Assembly: GCA_043228905.1 (NCBI GenBank)
Contig: JBHGNT010000021.1
Span: 10,912,001 to 10,976,000, forward strand
Source: Azolla caroliniana
Lineage: Eukaryota > Plantae > Polypodiophyta
Length of the DNA: 64,000 nt
Reading direction: 5' to 3'
The notes beneath the pieces are model-generated. The model was given only the letters and a program-made list of their open reading frames with translations. It was not told the DNA's origin and searched no databases. Of this stretch, positions 25,526-38,775 are shown one piece after another. Numbering within the stretch: the stretch's first letter is position 1; every line of letters starts with the position of its first letter. A program made the position numbers and the translations under genes.

Positions 25526-26710
25526 TGTCGTGAAAATCCGTCATTATGTGCGGATCGTGAGATGGAACCGTCGAGGTTCTGGACTAGAAGGATTTAGTGC
25601 AACACGTACAACACAAGAAAGTTTTAAGCATAAGCAAGTGGGAGAGACAAATCATTCGTTTATTGCAAAAGAAAATTGATTCTTTATAATTTCAGAATCG
25701 TGTTACAATGGGTTGGGTATGGCAATGAGAGATTAATTTTTCAAAGAAAGGAGCCAACAACCATGCAAGGAGTGGTCCGATATGAATACGAGAGATAATT
25801 TTTTGACAAGAAAGATCCAGTAAACAAAGCTAGGAGTTTGATATCAATATGTGAGATAACTTGTTTCTCGAATCAGAGAGGGAAGAAGAAGGAAGGAAAC
25901 AAAAAAATAACTAGAGGAAAAAAAATGGGACATATATCGAGCTCCTTGTTGATCCCTCGTTCCCAAAGTTACTTTGCATGTCCACTTTTAGTTGCATTGC
26001 CTCTACTTTTAGTTGCATTCTTCCATTTTTAGTTGCATGCCTTTACTTTTAGTTGCATGCTTCCATTTTTAGTTGCATGCCTTTTACTTTTAGTTGCATG
26101 GCCTTGTGTTTAGTTGCATGCGACCGTCCGTATAATTCGGCCAAATGATACAATCATCCATAAAGTTTAGCTCGTGCGCAATCCGTATGTGCGTCGCAAC
26201 CAAACCGTAGACGCATCCGCGCGCAAAAGTCCTGACCGCGCAATGTACGCATCCACGTGCTCGTCCACATACACGCGTCCATCTGAAACGTCCACACAAT
26301 CGTGCACGCGTACGCCCAAAACTTGCACACACGCATACGTCTGAAAACATCCACGCAACCGTACATACGCACGTACGCCCGAAGCGTCAACACCACACAG
26401 CGTAGCCCAAGTCACCTTGAACATTCTATGCTCCACACATTCATAAAATGGACATGTTTTGGTTTCCCTTATATATCCTGCGTTCCAATGTTGACCTATC
26501 TATGTGGGATATCTCACAGTTTGTATTTCTTTTTCTTTTTCTCTTCAAACTTCTCACTCACATAACTTGATACTTATTTATCCAATTCATGCGTAGTAAA
26601 ATACATTATGAAGGTCTTGAACACATCTATCTTTCCATATCAATATATTAAGCTAATCATAAATAATTATTTTACTAGTTTTCATATCGTGTGTGAAAAA
26701 TCACATGACA
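25526..26710 (-). repeat. 5' LTR of gypsy A (1185 bp, no satellite array)
   Basis: TGTCGTG...CATGACA; homologous to the 3' LTR pieces; right flank ACGC. Confidence 0.92.
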
Positions 26711-27107
26711 ACGCCATGATCCAGATAGAAATAAACTAGGTCTGGAATTTGTTGGAAGAGTTTGAAGATGACCAACTACAAGTAACACTGGAGTTGGAAG
26801 GCTATGAGCGGTAGACAACGTAGAAAGCTATTGAGCAAAGGGCAAAACAGATAAATATTAGTGGGGTGAAAGCATGGCAGTGGAAACAATTAGCTCTGTC
26901 CTTAACATAGCTAATTAGCTATGCAAAAAGCTACCAGTGATAAATAGTCATGTTTTCACCATGAATGAAAACATTAGAATGTTTTAATTATATAAATCAA
27001 CACCATAAATGTGCACCATTAATTATATACCAAATTCCTAGGTCCATTATGCATGATCCATTGCCACATCACATTGGCCATCCCTTTGTGACTATTTAGG
27101 CTTAGAT

Positions 27108-27385
27108 TATTGCCACTATTCGCCCCTATTGAGTTCACTCCTCCATTGCCGCCATTGTACACTCAGTTGCCACCACTGTTCAGTCCTAGATTGCTACCAT
27201 TGTTTTATCCAATGGAGTTCGCTCTATTGTCACCATTGTACTCTCAGTTGTCACCACAGTTCGGTTCTAAATTGCTTCCACTATTCGATCTGACTTAGTT
27301 AGTTCCTCCATTGCGGCCATTGTTCACACAACTATTGCCATTGTTCGGTCTTGGATTGCTGCCACTGTTCGCTCCAACTGGTAGC
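27108..27385. repeat. Degenerate tandem repeat of about 21 bp (TTGCCACCACTGTTC-like)
   Basis: Recurring ttgccac/ccattg motifs; origin unknown. Confidence 0.55.
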
Positions 27386-30300
27386 CATTACATCTACATC
27401 TTCATTTGTTGATCTTGTGTATTGTTGTGTATAATCTTGTATATTGCGGAATAATTTTGCGTATTGTTGTTGCAAATAGTCATCGTTGTTCGCTCCCGAT
27501 GGTGGTTGAGTAGCTTTCACTCCGTTGTAGTTGTCATGACTCATGAGTAGAAGACAACGAGGATGGTACCCAATGTTCACAAAAAATGGGGAATATCTAG
27601 TAGAAGAATGTTCGGAGTTGTTGTAAGAAAATTCCGCCAAATGTAATAGATCAACCCAATCATCTTGTTGACAGTTGACAAAACAACGAAGATATTGTTC
27701 GACTGTTTGGTTGGTGCACTCACTCTACCTATTAGTCTGTGGATGGTAGTCAGAAGAGAGTTTACAAGAAGTATGTAAGAGTTTGAACATGTGCCGCCAA
27801 AATTTTGAGATGAATTGGGGACCCCGATCAATGATAATATCATCTAGAAGACCGTGATGGCGAAACACCTCTCGGTTGTCTCTTAGCTAGTAATGGTCTT
27901 CGTGCATGGAAGGAAATGCGCCATCTTCATAAACCCTTGGAATGCGAAAGATCCGTAATAAAGTCCAAGGAAATAGATTTCCATGGGCTCTCGGGAATAG
28001 GGATTGGCTGTAATAAGCCATTTGGATGATGTCGAGGCTTTTTTCATCGACAACATGTCTCACAACTACTAACATAATCGGTAACAACTCAATAATGGCG
28101 AAGCTGTGATCACCAATATTGGTGAGAAATAAACTCAAAAGTCTTGTGGATGCCAAAATGTCCCGCCATTGGTGTGTCATGACATTGTTGCACCACTTCG
28201 AGTCGAGAAGGACCGTTAGGCACATACGAGAGATTTTGTCGAAAAAGTAAACCATCTTGCCAACTGAACTGGATGTAATCTAGATGAGGATTTTGAGATT
28301 GGGAGCTGGAAGCACGATTTGGGATAATATGGTTCAAAAAATCTTGGGCGAATGCATCAGTCACAATATGCTCCCGAGTGGAATCAAGAAGCCTTGAATC
28401 TCTTGGTGTATTCATTGCCATTAGTCGTAGACGATCAGGACCTAAGAGGATTTGCTTCCGACTTTGAAATGCAGCCACTCTTGGCTGAAGTTCCATATAT
28501 GAATGTCGAGATAAAACATCTACTTTTCCTTGTTGCATCCCAAGGCGATATAGAATTACGAAATCAAAACGAGTTAAGAACTGCGCCCTACGAGCTTGTC
28601 GACGATTCAAGACTCGAGCACTTTGGAAGTATGTTAGATTTTTGTGATCATTGTAGACAATAATCTATTCAGAAGAACCCTCCAAAAGATGACGACATTG
28701 TTGAAAAGAATCCTCAATGGGAAGAAGCTCTTTGTCGTGAATCTCATAGTTGATTTCTGCGGCTTCAAATTTCAGTGAGTGAAAAGCCACAGGGTGCAGT
28801 TCGCCATCATCACTAATCTGGGATAGTACGCTTCCGAGTGCGAAGTCAGATGCATTAGCTTCAAGTATAAAGCGCCTCATTGGATCGACATGCATTAAAA
28901 TTGGTGCAGATGTAAATGCTTGCTTTAATCCCTCAAATGCAGAGTTCACCTCTGGACTCCATACAAATGGTCGATTCTTTTGCGTCAGTTGAGTGAGGGG
29001 CAATACAATCTTTGAATAATCTTTGATGAACTTGCGATATAAGTTTGCGAACCCCACAAAACATTGTACATCTCACACAGATTGTGGTGTTTGCCAATCC
29101 ATAATTATTTGAACCTTTGATGGATCCATAGAGATGCCATTTGAAGAGACTATGTACCCCAAAAATTCCGCTTGACATTGGTTGAAACTACACTTCTCCA
29201 ATTTTGTATAGAGACCATACTCTCGCAATTGCTGCAAAACTTGGCGAACGTGTATCTCATGCTCCTCTTGAGTTTTTGAGTAGATCAAGTTATCATCCAG
29301 ATAAACTATGATCAAGATATCGAGGATGTCTTGAAAAATTTCATTCGCCATATGTTGGAAGACTATTGGCGCATTCATGAGACCAAATGGCATCACTGTG
29401 TACTCAAAATGACCATAGCGAGTGCATAAGCAGTCTTCCATTCATCCCTAGGATGAATTCGAACAAGGTTGTAGGAACCTCGAAGATCTAACTTCGTGAA
29501 ATATTTTTCCCCATTGAGGCATTCCAGCAGGCTTGAGATCAATGGTAGAGCATATCGGTTTCTAATAGTCACTTTATTCAAGCCCCGATAATCCACGACC
29601 ATACGAAGCATACCATCTTTCTTCTTAACGGCACCAATAGGAGATCTTGAATGTTGGATAAAACCATTTGCAAGGTTCTCATCGATATATTTTCGAAGAA
29701 CCTCTAACTCTGTGGGCGAAAGGTTATAATTTGGCCCCCATGGAGGCTCTTTTCTTGGCTGCAAATCAATCAGGAAATCATATGGTCGATGCTCTGGTAG
29801 TCTATTAGGCTTCACCTTATTGAACACATCAGAGAATTCTATATACTTCTTTGGTAGTTGGACCCCCAACTCTTGTGAGTTAGATGGAGTTGTTAAAACC
29901 ACAAACACAAACATGTCTTCTTTCCTTCCATCCTCACGTAACTGATGTATAGATATTGTTGAAATCGTGTGGGATCCCAGATCCTTTGTTGGAGTTTCAA
30001 GAGATTCAGACTATATCGTGACCTTTTCAATAGTTCTTTTTCTCCAATCAATAGTTGGGTTATGTAAGGAGTGCTCTAGACTACTAATGATGTTGATTGA
30101 GATGACACTTGCCAAATTACCTCAGACTACAGGAATTGGTTCAAACTCTTCGACTATATCACCTGATGCTATAGGGCGACCATCGATGACTCCTACATCT
30201 ACTAGGTTCGAGAGCTTATTCAAGAGGATGTTTTGGGTCAATGCAAACTCGTGATCCATGAAACAAGAATCGGCTCCGGATCTAGGAGGGCAAAGGCTAG

Positions 30301-30732
30301 GACTCGATGACCTGTAGATGTGCTAAGCTCAACTTGTGTAGAAAAAGCTCTACTAACTTGATTTGATGAAATGGAACCATAACTAGGTACTGACTCTACA
30401 TATCTAGGATGCTCCAACCAAATGGCTCCTATTTTGGCCGAACTTATTCGTTTAACACATCCTCTAATTGGCTCGAGGTAGGGTTTTCATGTCCACTTAC
30501 TTGGTATACTTGACGCATGGGTTTATGTGGACAATTTATGGCTATATGTCTTGGACCACCACAATATCGGCATAGGTGGTGTGCTTGATGTCATTGTATC
30601 TCAACATCTAATAAGGGCCCTCGACGTTGTGTTGACTCTATTTCCATCGGAGTGGGACCATCCCCCATAATGGGTCTAGGAACTTGTAGCGGCGTTGTGA
30701 CTATTGAAGCGTACGTCTATTCCGGTTGGCGG

Positions 30733-32858
30733 TGTCGTGCCTTTTGGCTCCGGATCGTTGCGTGAGTCGGGTGGGAACCGCCGAGGTTTTGGACTAGGAG
30801 AAAGAAGAATATGAGATGAGGCTAGTAATGAATAGATTATTAGAAAGAGAGATAGAAATTTCGTGAATCCCACGAGTGTATTGTATTCGATTAATCAATA
30901 TTTAGATAAGAATATGTATTTAGATTGAAAGAAAGATATAAGAAACTTGTGAATCCCACAAGTATAGATTATATTATTTTCGTGAATCCCACGATTATAT
31001 TGATCGGTTGGTGTTTTCGAAAATATATCCAATTTCCAAATATTTCACACACCTATTACATTGTGCTCCCCATCCTTATGTAGTGATGGGAGAGACTAAG
31101 CATAGCTACATGCTTTTTTTTTCTAATATGTTCATGCACACTAAATATGCATGTGATGCTTTTTTATTTCCTAAGTATAGGGCTCATGCACGCTAGATGT
31201 GCATGAGTTATTTTTAGTGTCTCGTCTTTTTCATATATTAAAAAAATACACGATTTACCTTTTAATAAAGGTATGCATAAATAAAGGTCTTATACGTATT
31301 AAATCTATGTTTAAAACAGTTAAGATAAGTTAATGTAATGGTAAGGTTGGGGTTTGTCAACGTGGAGGTGCAGAGTTCGAATCACGCCCTGCACAGTAGT
31401 GAGTATTTCCTTTTTACATTTATGTCTCTTTATCCGGCTCTTCCTTGCCGGTATGCCGTTTTCCTCCTTGCCGGTATGCCGTTTTCTTCCGGTTCTCACC
31501 GAGCACTCCATTCTCTATCCGGAGGGACAAAAATATAATTTCCACATAGTGTGCAACCTACACTACGACACTCGCCCCCTCCAAACCCGCACATCCTCCG
31601 GTATGTGCCGAAGTTGCCGATGCTCGTTGTCTCCCCTTCATCCTCCGTTTGTCCCGCTATGTCAACTTTGTCTCTCCATTTTGAGTAGACCCATTCTTTC
31701 CACCCGAACCATTGTCGCCATCCGATCCACCATATTCTTTGTTCTGTCTCGTCATATTCTTGGCCCTTGTCATTCGTGGTAGTGTCTTTTACTGGCCTCT
31801 TTCTTGTCTTCATCAACCTTGACTTTTTTCCGGATCGCTCTCGTCCGATCGACTTTCGGTTTGATCGGCTTCCGATTGGATTCGTATTCGGCCGAATCGG
31901 AATCGGTTGTTCGGTTTCGATTGAGTTGGTCTCCTTCCGGCTCGGTTTCGATCTATCGGTTTCGGTTTCAGTTGGCTTTCTTTTCCTCGTTTTCACCAGT
32001 CTTGACCGGTCAAAACCGATCGACTGAGTCTGACTTGGGGGATTCACAAGTTTCTTATATCTTTCTTTCAATCTAAATACATATTCTTATCTAAATATTG
32101 ATTAATCGAATACAATACACTCGTGGGATTCACGAAATTTCTATCTCTCTTTCTAATAATCTATTCATTACTAGCCTCATCTCATATTCTTCTTTCTCCT
32201 AGTCCAAAACCTCGGCGGTTCCCACCCGACTCACGCAACGATCCGGAGCCAAAAGGCACGACACAGTTGGTGAACCCGACGTTTATATTGATCGGTTGGT
32301 GTTTTCGAAAATATATCCAATTTCCAAATATTTCACACACCTATTACATTGTGCTCCCCATCCTTATGTAGTGATGGGAGAGACTAAGCATAGCTACATG
32401 CTTTTTTTTTCTAATATGTTCATGCACACTAAATATGCATGTGATGCTTTTTTATTTCCTAAGTATAGGGCTCATGCACGCTAGATGTGCATGAGTTATT
32501 TTTAGTGTCTCGTCTTTTTCATATATTAAAAAAATACACGATTTACCTTTTAATAAAGGTATGCATAAATAAAGGTCTTATACGTATTAAATCTATGTTT
32601 AAAACAGTTAAGATAAGTTAATGTAATGGTAAGGTTGGGGTTTGTCAACGTGGAGGTGCAGAGTTCGAATCACGCCCTGCACAGTAGTGAGTATTTCCTT
32701 TTTACATTTATGTCTCTTTATCCGGCTCTTCCTTGCCGGTATGCCGTTTTCCTCCTTGCCGGTATGCCGTTTTCTTCCGGTTCTCACCGAGCACTCCATT
32801 CTCTATCCGGAGGGACAAAAATATAATTTCCACATAGTGTGCAACCTACACTACGACA
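30733..32858 (-). mobile_element. Rearranged non-autonomous LTR element of the tRNA-Trp gypsy family
   Basis: TSD GCGG at 30729-30732 and 32859-32862; LTR 30733-31570; PPT 31571-31587; inverted copy of 30733-30957 at 32039-32263, then PBS at 32268-32282; direct copy of 30995-31570 at 32283-32858. Confidence 0.93.
31331..31392 (+). other. tRNA-like A/B-box module within the LTR (second copy at 32619-32680)
   Basis: AATGGTAAG...GGAGGTGCAGAGTTCGAATC, followed by a T-run near 31411. Confidence 0.55.
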
Positions 32859-34049
32859 GCGGCATAACATTTCTTGGTGTTCAGAACGTCACTCAAATAG
32901 GCGATTATCACATCGCACAACTCGACTAATTGCCTCTGTAAGAGACTTCGGATTGTCGTGGAAAGTAAGAAGAAGATCTTTGACATCGTTACGCAAACCC
33001 TAACGGAATTGATCCATTCAGGTTGCCTCATCCCAAGGGATGTTGCATGCCAATAGATGGAAATCTGTTGCGTAAGCTAAAGTAGGACGATCTCCTTGTC
33101 GGAGTTTTCGAATCTTGTTTATTGTTGTCCTAGTGCTATCAGTGTCTCCGAAGCTAGCTTGAAACTCCTTAACGAATGCCTCGAAATCCTCCAACAATGG
33201 TGATTTCTTCTCGAGAAGTGGTGCAAACCATGCTAATGTTGTACCCCTTAGCAAGGTTCCTAGTAATACCTCACGAGCAGCATTAGTTGGGTATTGATTG
33301 GGATGTAACTGAATCATCAAACGGACTTGATTCAGGAAACCTCAAAACAGAGATCTTGTACCATCAAACTTGGCAGGGAGGCTAATCTTTGGTTCCCTTG
33401 GGGAGTTTTGAACCCCCGCCACTTGTTCTCATGATGCTAATATAGTAGCCTCAAGTTGATGAACCCGTTGTGATAACTTCTCATATTGGTGAGCTTTCTC
33501 AATACTCACGTGTTGTAGATCCCCGAGTAGCCTTTGATTTTCTTGCTCTAATGCCACAAACTTAATCGTGAGCATGTCGAGCTCAGAAAGGACACACATA
33601 TATTCTTTCTTGTTGATAGACTCCATAACTGTGAGGGAAAAAATAAAGAAGGAGAAAGAAAAAAGCTTGCTAGGGTTATTGGAAGAGGAAAAAGAAGGAA
33701 AAAGAAAAAAGCATGCTAGGGTTATTGGAAGAGGACACTAGTCTTTAGCCCTTAGCCTACTCTTTGTAACCTTGTTTTCTCATAATATAATACCATTTCC
33801 ATTTCCTATCTCTCTCTCTCTCTCTCCTACTCACGAGTCATGATAGTTTGAACCGAATGAGTTGCGATGAATGTATAGACACCTATTTATAGATCCTTAT
33901 GGAGTATTCTAGAATGTCCTGGAATATTTTAGATATTTATGATAATAAACATAATCATGAAATATTCAAGAATGTTCTAGAATATTGCAAATATCTTGTA
34001 ATCACTAAAAATATAATTATTATAACTACGCATCATATATGTTATTACA

Positions 34050-34105
34050 ATGGTTAAAGGTTCAACACATAGGCCAAGAAGTTGTGGGTTCGACTCCTAA
34101 TAAGC
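34050..34105 (+). other. tRNA-like fragment with a canonical B box
   Basis: TGGTTAAAG ... GGTTCGACTCC (34087-34097); no complete cloverleaf. Confidence 0.45.
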
Positions 34106-34879
34106 CAAAATATACATGTATGTCTTCATGACAACAACAAACATAAACTTATCGCCACTATGTGCTCTTGCAAATGGTGGGATCACTCCTGTCAATAACC
34201 GGTTTGCATGTGGTATAGTAACTAGCTGCATGTCTTTTTTTGTTTGAATTTACTAATGAATATGCCAAGCCAAATGGAAGGGGAAGGAGGGTGTTTACCA
34301 ACAGCCCTCATGGATCATCAGGATAGGGATGACATTATTAGTATATAAGCAATACAAAAGTATTGGGCAAAAAAAAAAGGAAACATCGTCAAATGTTAAA
34401 GGATAAGAAAGACACATTCACTAAAGGTAAGGATAGTATTGATTGCGATGTAGGTTTGAATACCACTGAGAATGGAAGTAATGAGACTATTATCATAGAG
34501 AAAAAGGTTGTAGGTTATATCAATGTTCAGACCAAACACATCAACAATGAAGACAAGAAAGTAGTACTTTATGGAATATTAAATTATCCATCGATAAAGG
34601 AGTAAGTTGATTGTGATGGTCTCAATGCAAACATAACATCTATACTAGTAAATAATCTCCATGATAGTTTCGTATCCATGAGCAGGTCAGAAGATGATCT
34701 TAACTTAAAAGGTCTAGTCTAATGATGTTACTTAATAGTGATGTTGACGATCTTAACATCAATGTGCTATCTAAGGTAATCTGTGTTAGTAGAAAAAGTG
34801 TGTAGAATACAATGAACCAGATTATTTCAAGTGGTGCAGGAAGTAGTCTGCTAAAGCTACCAACAAGATGTAAGCTAGT

Positions 34880-37510
34880 GACACCCATAACATTAGAAAT
34901 CAAGGATATAATCACCATATTTTGGACTAATGAGAGTAAGGTTTCACACAATAAGAAAGATTTATGCAGGAAACATGTTGGAAGGAGTCAATACGAGGAG
35001 CATCCCATTCATCTTTTTCACTCTTGTTGGAAGGATGTATGTACCTCAGGTATTTACATTTATCTCATCTTTTGTTTTGATTATTGAGCTTATTGTCACA
35101 AGTCTATACACTATTGAGATTACAATCACTAGGTAATAGCTAAATAACTATTTCCAATAACTAAATAGCTATTGCCAATAGCTAACTAGTTATTATCAAC
35201 TAATTAGCTACCACAATAGCTAATTAGCTACATAAGATTATGATCATAGCTAATTAGCTATTGGAAATAGCTAACTAGCTACTCGTAATAGCTAATTAGC
35301 TATTGTTAATAGGTAATTAGATACTCTTAATAGCTCATTAACTACTAGTAATAGCTAATTAGCTACTGGCAATAACTAACTAGCTATTATCAGCTAATTA
35401 GCTACAACTGTTGCTAATTAACATTAGAATATGACCATAGCTAACTACCTACTAGTAATAGTTAAATAGTTATTGCCAATAGCTAACTAGCTATTAACAA
35501 CTAATTAGCTATTAGCTACATCAGAATATAATCATAGCTAATTACTATTGGCAATAGCTAATTAGCTATTGGTAATAGGCAGTTAGCTTCTCTTAATAGC
35601 TAATTAGTTATTGGTAATTGGTAATTAGCTACTCTTAATAGGTAATTAGCTACGAGCAATAACTAACTAGCTATTATCAACTAATTAGGTACAACCATTG
35701 CTAATTAGCATCAGAATATGGCCATAGCTAATGAGGTACTAGTAAAAACTAAATAGTTATTGCCAATAGCTAACTAGCTATTATTAGCTAATTAGCTACC
35801 ATAATTGCTAATTAGCTAATGGTAATAGCTAATTAGCTACATCGGAATTTAATCATAACTAACTAGCTACTTGTAATAACTAATTAGCTACATCAAAATA
35901 ATTAATTAGCTACACGTGTGTATGATCATAACTAATTAGCTACCACACTATATCTAACTAACTACATCAGATAGCATTAGAATACTCACTAGACTCCCTT
36001 TTTATTACGTAGGCAGATTTATTTATTAGGTTTAAGCGAATGCATCCAAATATCAAAGTTCAACTACGAACATTCGAGTATCTTAAGACACATTTTGTGA
36101 GACGCTTAGGAAGGAAAGGTGTGTGGACACCAATTTCGAAGGAAAGGTGTGTAAAAGAAACAATCTAGTTAGGAAGTCGCTTAAACCAAGGGATTTGGCA
36201 TCTCTATTTGTAGTAGCTATAGGAAAGTTCATTAAACACAACTACATTTATTCATGGCATGCCCATCAGTTTAAGACTTTCATATCTGATTTTCCAAATG
36301 ATGTAGTAGTCTCAATAGTAGATTTCGCAGAGAATTATACTTTCAATGAGCAGAATGAAATTCAATCCATGCTTTGGTGTTCAGTGCAAGTAACCATTTT
36401 TGTGCACATAACATATTTTCGAGTTTCAAGTGATGTTAAGAAAGTAATTCGTTTTTTTATTTCTAATGATAAGAAGCATGATACCTTGTTTGCCCAAGAT
36501 TGTTTTTAAGTTACATTGGCAATGGTTATTATGTCAACATTTGGAGCTTACTCAACATTCGGTCTGGTCTGACGAAGTTGCATCACAATTCAAGGCTAGA
36601 CGTCTATTTTATTTTGTTGGGAGGTATCCTTCTATAATAGGTTTGGAGATGAGATGGAATTTTTTTGGGTTCGGCCATGGTAAAGGTGAACATGATGGAG
36701 CAGGTGCAGTTGTAAAGCGGGCACTTACTCATGAACAACTAAAGGCAGATGGTGTGCATATGAATTGTGCATCACATGTAGTCGAATTTTTAAGAACGAA
36801 TATGTCAACGAGTGCAACTGGTGTTTATTCCTCGTAGGTCAGAGATATCAAACATGTATTTTAGGAAGTGAGGATTGATGAAATAAATAGGTCAAAGACA
36901 TGGGAATGCAAAGGAGTTCCTAAATTGCGATCTCTCCATGTTGTTTGGGGTTATTCTAGGTTGTATTGTCGTTAGAGAATTAACTTGTTTTTGCTTCCAT
37001 TGTGTGTAGGGAAATTGGAGGTATTGTTTAAACAAAGCATATATTCAGAATTGGGAGTACCATACATTGAATGATAAGGAAGTGGCTAATGGAGAAACAG
37101 AAAATAGTGTTGACTTCACATATCAGGGATGTGGAGATACTCTGAGTGACATCATAAACGTTGGGAATAATTTCGTTGTCAATGTAGAAGAAGGCAATTT
37201 AGAGGGTGTTGATTTCTATATATTGAACTACATGGTTTGTAAATAATGTGCAACATAGAATATTGTAGATGCTTGGGGAAATTTGGTATCTTCCGGGACA
37301 TTCTACATCGAAGGTATTTTTTGTGCAAGACTACATGATTACGATTATGGGTATAGGTTTTTAGAAGACAAACCAGTAGCGTACATGTACTCTCATTTGG
37401 TCAAGTACATCAATGTCCCGATGTCGCAATACAATAGTTGCTCAGCTTTATACACAGTTAGTGCTAATGTGTATGAATGTATTTACAACAGTATGCCATG
37501 GAATTTGTAG
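34880..37510 (+). pseudogene. Degenerate Sola2-like DDD transposase with an intron (35050-36012)
   Basis: Motifs FW...SKVSHNKKD, Q|ADLFIRFKRMHPNIKV...FEYLK, DFAENY...EIQSM.W, SNDKKHD, WSD..ASQFK, FFG.GHGKGEHDGAGAVVKR; GT at 35050 and AG at 36011-36012; frameshifts and stops present. Confidence 0.8.
35131..35980. repeat. TAGCTAATTAGCTA-type palindromic minisatellite inside the transposase intron
   Basis: Dozens of TAGCTAAT/ATTAGCTA motifs with short variable spacers. Confidence 0.92.
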
Positions 37511-37954
37511 CAACAAGGAGATCATACCAGTTTTCTTGTAAGTGGACAAAGTAGTTGTATTGCAAAAAAACAATTTAATAAAATTGTTTGGGAGTCTTCT
37601 TTCTAATATATAGTCTTCGTCTTCATTCTGTTCTTGTTTCTTAATAAAATCATTTGGGAGTCTTCTTTCTGATATACAATCTTCTTTAGATTCAAACCCT
37701 TTAGACTCTACAACATCATAAAACACCAACATATTCACACACAAAGTCGCAAAAAGTCTCACAAAACAACATAATGAACATGAAATATTATGCAACAAAA
37801 TAATAATATTATCTTAATATCCATCAATGAGTTCCATTACATAATGTGGATCAAGCAACAACCAATCTGAGGTTTTACTTGTCCAAATAGATCATAAAAA
37901 AACTTCATAAATTTCTAGGAAAATAGCTAACAATTATATCCCACTAATCAATAA

Positions 37955-38440
37955 TTCAAGAGCCCGTTGACCGAGTAACTGGTCTTGTCCCCGATCGCAG
38001 CCCCTTCTATAGCCTTTTTCTAGAAGGTTGCCCATTTAGCCTTGCTTCTTTCACCCATTGCGCAAATGTGTCCTCCGACAACCTTTCCATCGCCTCAATA
38101 GTGGCTTGCACGTCAGCCGCATCTTGTGCTAGCTATTCAAGTAGAGTGGGATCTGGTGGGACATCATCGGTAGTTGGGCACGGTGGGGTTGAATCAAGGT
38201 TCTGGGATTCGAAGAAATGTTGCATCAAGTGTTCAAAAACACAGTTGTTATGAACCTCAAATTTACATGTTGGGTCCAGTATTTCATGGCTTTTCACAAC
38301 GTTGCCAAATTCAATACAATCTTCCAAAAGAATAGGGTGGAGTTGATCTGAAGGAGATGTGATAGCCAAACTCTTACTTTCAGCCACGTTGCCAGCTATC
38401 TCCTCATCGGTTGCAGCATCATTGACATCGACATCAATTG
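37955..38440 (-). pseudogene. Convergent second gene of the Sola2-like element, copy A (unknown function)
   Basis: Peptide AESKS..ITSPSDQLH.ILLEDC.E.GNVVKS.EILDPTCKFEVHNN is shared with 43351-43839. Confidence 0.65.
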
Positions 38441-38775
38441 TCAGGTAATTAGCGGCTTCTCTTTATCTACTACTTTTTCTCGTTAGGTGTAGCTACTTCT
38501 ATGAAGTTATTTATCCATTACACTTGTTGGTAAAAGCATGGGAATGAAAACACTATTATAGCTAATTAGCTGCTAAAATGGCCACAGCTATTTAGTTATT
38601 TGTTTAGCTAATTTTTTGTGGGGAAATCATAAAGATCATTTATGAATTTTTTTTGCTTTATTACTCAAAACTTTCTTTTTTTACATATCATTTATTATGG
38701 TGAATAGCCAATTTATGGGAATACTCAACATTTTGAACTTTGGTTTCTAACGTAGTGGAAGCTCTGGAACAACGT

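Larger units (their letters stand above)
10124..26710 (-). mobile_element. Ty3/gypsy LTR retrotransposon A (non-chromovirus, resembling moss RLG1/Phygy-type elements), degenerate, with copia-2 nested in its 3' LTR
   Basis: 5' LTR 25526-26710; 3' LTR 10124-14364 plus 19755-19790; tRNA-Trp PBS; PPT 19791-19807; gag-PR, RT (GDLYSGYDQ, PFLDD), RH, IN in gypsy order. The lineage name comes from recalled motif similarity only. Confidence 0.9.
27532..34049 (-). mobile_element. Degenerate Tcn1/Tf2-like Ty3/gypsy element, 3'-deleted, interrupted by the mini-element at 30733-32858
   Basis: gag (ISLPAKFDG, MIQLHPNQYP, KLRQG), RT (PPWGP.YNLS, DYRGLN, VYLDD), RH (NYEIHDKELL), IN (HDTPMAGHFG, GYHPR); LTR-like AT-rich end TGTAATAAC at 34049; 19-bp LTR tip at 27532; flanks GTAGT/ATGGT are a possible decayed TSD. 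Confidence 0.85.

Noticed and set aside
27532-33845. A TIR DNA transposon bounded by the 19-bp inverted repeats
   Set aside because: No TSD at those ends and the interior is gypsy gag-pol; better explained as LTR tips.
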